A stretch of DNA of 47,081 nucleotides from positions 1,121,732-1,168,812 of the forward strand of contig WELB01000013.1 of assembly GCA_009602725.1 (NCBI GenBank). Direction: 5' to 3'. A model generated the notes under the pieces. That model was not told the origin of the DNA, ran no database searches, and worked only from the letters and a program-made list of their open reading frames with translations. The position numbers and the translations under genes are program-made. The stretch comes from Spirogloea muscicola (Eukaryota). Of this stretch, positions 35,935 to 47,081 are shown piece after piece (position 1 is the stretch's first letter; each line of letters starts with the position of its first letter).

Positions 35935-37421
35935 TGGAGGTGCCGGTGGTCTCGCTCGCGGCGCTGGACGCCGGTGACCACGCCGAGCTCGCGCGCCTCG
36001 CCGCCGCCTGCCGCGACTGGGGCTTCTTCCACGTCACCAACCACGGTGAGCCGCCGCCGCCACCGCCGCCGCCGCCGCCTCCGCCGCCGCCGCGGGCATC
36101 GGCCTGACTGGGGATTCGTGCGGCATGGCGCGGGCGTGCAGGCGTGAGCGCCGAGCTGATGCAGCGGCAGGCGGAGCTGCACGCCGCCTTCTTCCGCCTG
36201 CCCCGCGCCGCCAAGCTCGCCGTCGCGCGCGACGCCGGCAACTCCCGCGGGTGCGCTCAGCTCGCCATCGCCGTCGCCTCGCTCGCTTCCTCTTGACGAC
36301 GCGGCCACACCGCTAGGCCGCTTGTTCGCAAGCCACAATTCGACACCGGTGTCAGTCGCCTGACAGTAGCTGAGCACCCAGAACAGGTTGCACGTGCGTT
36401 GCTGCAGGTACTTTGACGACGAGCTGACGAAGCGGACGCGCGACTGGAAGGAGGGCTTTGACTTTGGGGCGGTGCCGCGGCCGGACCTACCGCACGACGA
36501 CCCCCGGAACGCCGCCCAGGACGGGCTCAACCGCTGGCCGGCCCAGTCTGCGGGCTTCCGTGAGACGATGTGGGAGTACATGGGCGCCATGGAGGGCGTG
36601 GCTGAGCGCCTCATGGAGGCCATCGCAGCGAGCCTGGGGCTCCCCCGGGCCGAGTTTGCGCGCTTCTTCGCGCCGGCGCACTCGTCGTTCGCGCGGCTGA
36701 ACCACTACCCGCCGTGTCCCGACCCCAGCCGCGCCCTCGGCGTGAGCCGCCACAAGGACGCTGGTGCACTCACGGTGCTTGCGCAGGGCACTGTGCCGGG
36801 CCTTCAAGTCCTCAAGGCTGGCTCATGGGCTGGCGTCGACCCCCACCCCGGTGCCCTCGTTGTCAACATCGGCGACATGATGCAGGTATACACAGGCACG
36901 ATCTTGCAACATTGCGCTGCCATGGGCAGTGAGTCGTCGGTACAAGTGGTACAAGTCTTTGTGCATCCATAAGCTTGCATATATTGAGCCCTCAGTGACA
37001 GAAACATGTGTCCTTCAGCTCGCATCCTCGAGTTGTGTGGCTTAGCGCTTTCTGGCCCACTTCAAACCTTGCCCATCCTTCTCGGGCTGGCTTTCCATAG
37101 CCCTCGCCTCCTCTGGTTGAGCTCACTCCATCCTCAATGCTCATCACTCTGAGCCACCTTGTGCAGATCTGGACGAACGGACTTTACAAGGCGCCACTAC
37201 ACCGAGTTGTTGTGCATGTTGCTCAGGAGCGGGACTCTGTGCCCTACTTCTACAACCCGGCATTTAATGCGGTGGTGGCGCCACTGCCAGCAGCTGTGGC
37301 TGCCAGCAGTGGCAAGCCCCTGTACCACCCTGTGCGGTGGGGCGAATATCGCCTGCGGCGGTATGAGGGCGACTTTGCTGATGTTGGCGAGGAGGTTCAG
37401 ATTGATGACTTCCACGCATAA
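35935..37421 (+). CDS. 2-oxoglutarate/Fe(II)-dependent dioxygenase (DOXC class), 4 exons, start in gap
   Basis: [33 protein letters not shown]...H(RV)...RDS. This gives the HxD...H triad and the RxS motif. Confidence 0.94.
37040..37130 (+). mobile_element. Retrotransposon 3'-end relic in the last intron of the dioxygenase
   Basis: TGGCCCACTTCAAACCTTGCCCATCCTTCTCGGGCTGGCTTTCCATAGCCCTCGCC aligns with the reverse complement of 3973-4028. Confidence 0.75.
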
Positions 37422-37517
37422 TAAGAAGGGTTGTCGGACTACAATTCTAAGTCTGAGGGGTGCAGAGCCATCCAGATGTTGCTTCACCTGCTGGCCAATT
37501 GAGGGGCCAGCCACATG

Positions 37518-39326
37518 TTACCGCTGCTGCATCTTGTGTGACCACTCCACGTAGTTGTCAAGTAGAAGTGGCCACGCCATATTTTCATCGTAGTTGCTGA
37601 TGTCCGCCTTTACCTGCACACCATGGCCGGCCAGCCGACTGGCCAACCAGCTTACTTCCAGCAGCAACAAATTCGAGCAAGCAGCAACAGCCTTGAGGTG
37701 GGAACAGCATTAAGGTGTGCCCTTTCAACAAACCAACCTCGTCGCAGAAGCGCAGAAACGCCATCCACTGGTCCAGATTCATGGCCTTATACTCCGTCTG
37801 CTCCTGCAATATGATGACCCAAAAATCAAGTGCTAGGGTCAGACAAGATTCTTGCCGCCTCATTAGATGTGAATACAGAATCTGTGTCTTGGAGTCAGGA
37901 TCAGCATCAAGGGCATGTTGCTATGGTATAGCATCTGAGGTCATCAGACGAGTGAGGAGGTTCAGATACGTGCTTGAAGGAAGGCGATGAAGCTGGGGAG
38001 GTGGGGGTTGCCGGTGAGTACGAGTTGCAGCATCTGTGCTGCACTCTCCAGGTCCAGCGTCTTCTGCCGAGGCTCTGCAGGGCAGCGGTGCAGTAAAATG
38101 GTGGCAAACAGACTCCAACTGCTGAGCTTGGCTCTTGCGAAGCTGCATCATTTTCATCTCGCATTATGCACGCTTCTGCTGTGGTTGTGGTGGGTGCTCT
38201 CACCGGTAAGGCAGTACTGAAAAGCAAACGCGTAAAAATCCTTGAAAGTGTGCGCGTTAGCGACCTGCAGCGCTCGTGCACCCGTCAATGCAGCTGTGAG
38301 CTGGCTGCACTTCTTGCTGGGCTGCCCAAGCTGTTATGGCGCCCCTTCAGGATGTTGCAGCCGCGTGCAAAGCGGCAAGGGCTGTTGGCCGCCAGGAACC
38401 TCGTGCTGGAGAGTCGGCAGCGCCTTTCGCAGCTTGTCAATGCTATCTGCACGCAGCGCCTTCATGCCTCGCCGCCACTCGTCCTGGCCCAAGTCCACGT
38501 GCCAGTCACAACAACAAGGGCCTGAGCGGAGGCCATTGCTCGTGCAGGCACACAAGACACACGAGACAGGGAGGGAGGGAGGGCGGGAGATGGAGGGCGT
38601 GGGAGGGAGAGATAGATCGAGAGGATGAGAGAGAGAGAGAGAGGGAGGAAGGCAGGGAGGGAGGGAGGAGGGAGGGCGAGGGGCGGCGAAGAGAGGTGAG
38701 ACCAGCGTGAAGTAGCCCATCTGCGACGCCTGCAGCTTCCTGCAGAGGCGGCAACGCTGCTCGAGTGGCGGTCAAGCCCCGGCAGCGCCCCGAGAGGAGC
38801 AGGTGAGCGGGTGGGAAGCTGGAGGAGAGGCGCGCAGCGCTGCCGGGGGGCTGCCGACCAGGCGAGGAGCAGGATGCGGATGTCCGTCGGCGCCACGCCG
38901 AGGTCTTGGCAGAGCGCCTCCACTCCGTCGGGCCTGCGGAAGCGCCGGCTCGTCGGTCTCAGAGTAGCCAGGCGCTGGGGCGGAGCGGCGAGCAGCGGAT
39001 CAGAGAGCGTCAGCAGTGGGGAGACCACGGGGCGCGCACCCGATGGCCGCATCCTTGCCGTCGTCGGCGTAGGCGAGGAAGAAGGCGTCGACCCGGTCCT
39101 GCTCCTTGCTCGACGCTCGGCCAGCTGCGCCCAGCGTAAGCCGGCGGCCATGGCGTCGGGGAGCTGCGCTAGCCAAGGCCTGCAGCTCCGGAGCAGCGCG
39201 ACGGTGGAGAAGCGGAGGAGGGACGAAGGAAAAGGGGGAATCGGGAAGCGGCCGCGCGCGGAGCTCACGTCCCGCAGCGGCACCGGGCGCGGGCGCCACG
39301 CCCTTGCGAGAGGACGAGCGCCGCAT
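37518..39326 (-). CDS. DCN1-like cullin neddylation E3 (PONY domain, DCUN1D4/5-like), 9 exons
   Basis: IGPDGVEALCQDLGV, LAWKLQA..MGYFT..EW..GM, FKDFYAFAF.YC, QKTLD.E.A, YKAMNLDQW, SNYDENMAWPLLLDNYVEW. Confidence 0.94.
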
Positions 39327-39759
39327 GGCCTCCGCCGCGCGTGATGCGGCGCCGGGGCCGCCGCCGCCGCCNNNNNNNNNNNNNNNNNNNNNNNNNNNNN
39401 NNNNNNNNNNNNNNNNNNNNNNNNNNNNNNNNNNNNNNNNNNNNNNNNNNNNNNNNNNNNNNNNNNNNNNNNNNNNNNNNNNNNNNNNNNNNNNNNNNNN
39501 NNNNNNNNNNNNNNNNNNNNNNNNNNNNNNNNNNNNNNNNNNNNNNNNNNNNNNNNNNNNNNNNNNNNNNNNNNNNNNNNNNNNNNNNNNNNNNNNNNNN
39601 NNNNNNNNNNNNNNNNNNNNNNNNNNNNNNNNNNNNNNNNNNNNNNNNNNNNNNNNNNNNNNNNNNNNNNNNNNNNNNNNNNNNNNNNNNNNNNNNNNNN
39701 NNNNNNNNNNNNNNNNNNNNNNNNNNNNNNNNNNNNNNNNNNNNNNNNNNNNNNNNNNN

Positions 39760-45616
<5,857 letters not shown>

Positions 45617-46324
45617 GCAGGTGGTAATGCCAATCATGGCATGACGGACAACTGAGCGTTGGTGAAAGCCGTGTGTACAGTATGCTGCCACTCTGAAGGG
45701 TTGCTTTTAGCACGCATTACTAAGTTGCCCGTGCCTGATAAAGAAAGACATCAGCTCTGACTTAGGCAGTCATGTTGTGAAATTCTGTTCTCACGTCCTA
45801 TTGCAATCGGTCCTTGTTGGTAATAACAGAGAGAAGTCTCAAGTCATAGGGTTGTGAACAGCATTTCTACATGATATCATCATCTGTGCATACGAGACTG
45901 GATTGCACCAATATGCCAAGGGCCGAGCACGCTGAGTCAGGCAGAGTTCAGGCTGTAAGAAGGCAAGCTGTAGCACAGCTTGGAGTAGCACGGGGGTAGC
46001 ACGACTGGAGGAGCCACGAGACAACAGAGCTTGGCCTGCATCATCCCCATATTAAATGTCTGACTGTTGCAATACTACATTTGCTATAAAAAAAAAACAG
46101 CTCACAACTCGCATTTCGTTCGTTTGTCATGTGCACTTTTAGGCACAGCATGGCTGGGCTCAGCGCGGTGCAGCATGCAACAGGTTCGTGTCAACAAAAG
46201 GACTCAGGCCAATTGGCAGAACACCATTGCGAAGACGCACTTTGCTTGTTTTGTCACAAGGTTGCTTTCCATCCTGTGGCAGCTCAACTGCGGCACCACG
46301 CAGCCAGGGGCTTCTGTCAGCCGC

Positions 46325-46950
46325 TCAACCCTTGAAGTCGCTGAGGATGGGGTGCTGCTCCCAATTGGCGTCGTCCTTGGCCACGAGGTCGATGTACTTC
46401 TGCATTGCTTCCTCCTTGCTCATGCCCTTGAGCTTGTCCCACGCACTCCACTTTGACCGCGCCTCGATCTGGATAAAGGAAGGCTGCACGGCTCCAAGCA
46501 CAATGATGACACGTCAGCAGTGCTGCTCGTAAGATGAGCCTCATGAAGGTCCCCATGGCCTGGGGCCATGACGGTTGTTTTGCGACTGGGACTGTTTTAG
46601 CTGCACTGCGAAGATGCAACTGTCAAGGAGCCCATGTTGCGTGAGCCGTCATTCCTTTTGCAGGCCGTTTTGAGCCCCGATTTGCCGATGCCGAGGAGCT
46701 CGCCGTCGTCGCGGACCGGCTCTGGTCAGCGGCGGAGTTGCGTCCGAGCCAGCAGCGCGTCGGCCGCGGAGCGCGCGCGAGCACTTGTGCTTACCTGGGA
46801 GGCCGTGACGTCGCCCTCGGTGGCCTGCTTGAAGAGCGAGTAGTACTGGAGCTTGATGTCGTTGCTCACGCCCTTCTGCGGCGGCCCGTTGCGGATGAGG
46901 TGCGCCGCCTTCTTGAAGCGCAGCTCCAGGTCGGCGCCGGCGGCGGCCAT
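46325..46950 (-). CDS. ACBP: Small acyl-CoA-binding protein (104 aa; exons 46795-46950 and 46325-46483)
   Basis: F..AA, KLQYYSLFKQATEGD, ARSKWSAWDKLKGMSKEEAMQKYI. Confidence 0.95.
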
Positions 46951-47081
46951 GGCGGGCGCTGAGGTTGACAGGACAGGCGGTGGGAATGGGCACCCGGGCT
47001 TGGGGAGGGGGGAGGAGGGAGGAGGGAGGCGGGCTGGCCTCGGGCTCCGCCGATGGCGACGCGCCGCCGCCGCCGCCGCCG

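Overview
GC-rich, intron-dense eukaryotic nuclear DNA from a draft assembly with N-gaps. The organism is most likely a streptophyte green alga, because the window carries a nuclear plastid-type tufA with a transit peptide and land-plant-like genes. Bases ~130-7470 are a dense 'Russian-doll' nest of CRE-clade-like non-LTR retrotransposon copies (RT plus CCHC knuckle plus restriction-like endonuclease) from several subfamilies. They have repeatedly inserted into each other, and many inserts are only 54-310 bp 3'-end modules with visible target-site duplications and a conserved 3' stem-loop. The rest is a compact gene-rich block: ATP sulfurylase, plastid EF-Tu, a Sen1/MAA3-like helicase, an SLC19/reduced-folate-carrier-like transporter, MetAP1, an HT1-like Raf kinase, a DnaJ-X protein with an extra C-terminal module, a 2OG-Fe(II) dioxygenase, a DCN1-like protein, POL5/MYBBP1A and ACBP. 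This block also holds scattered retroelement 3'-end relics and at least three GC-AG introns. All family assignments come from motif recognition by eye; no database search was run.
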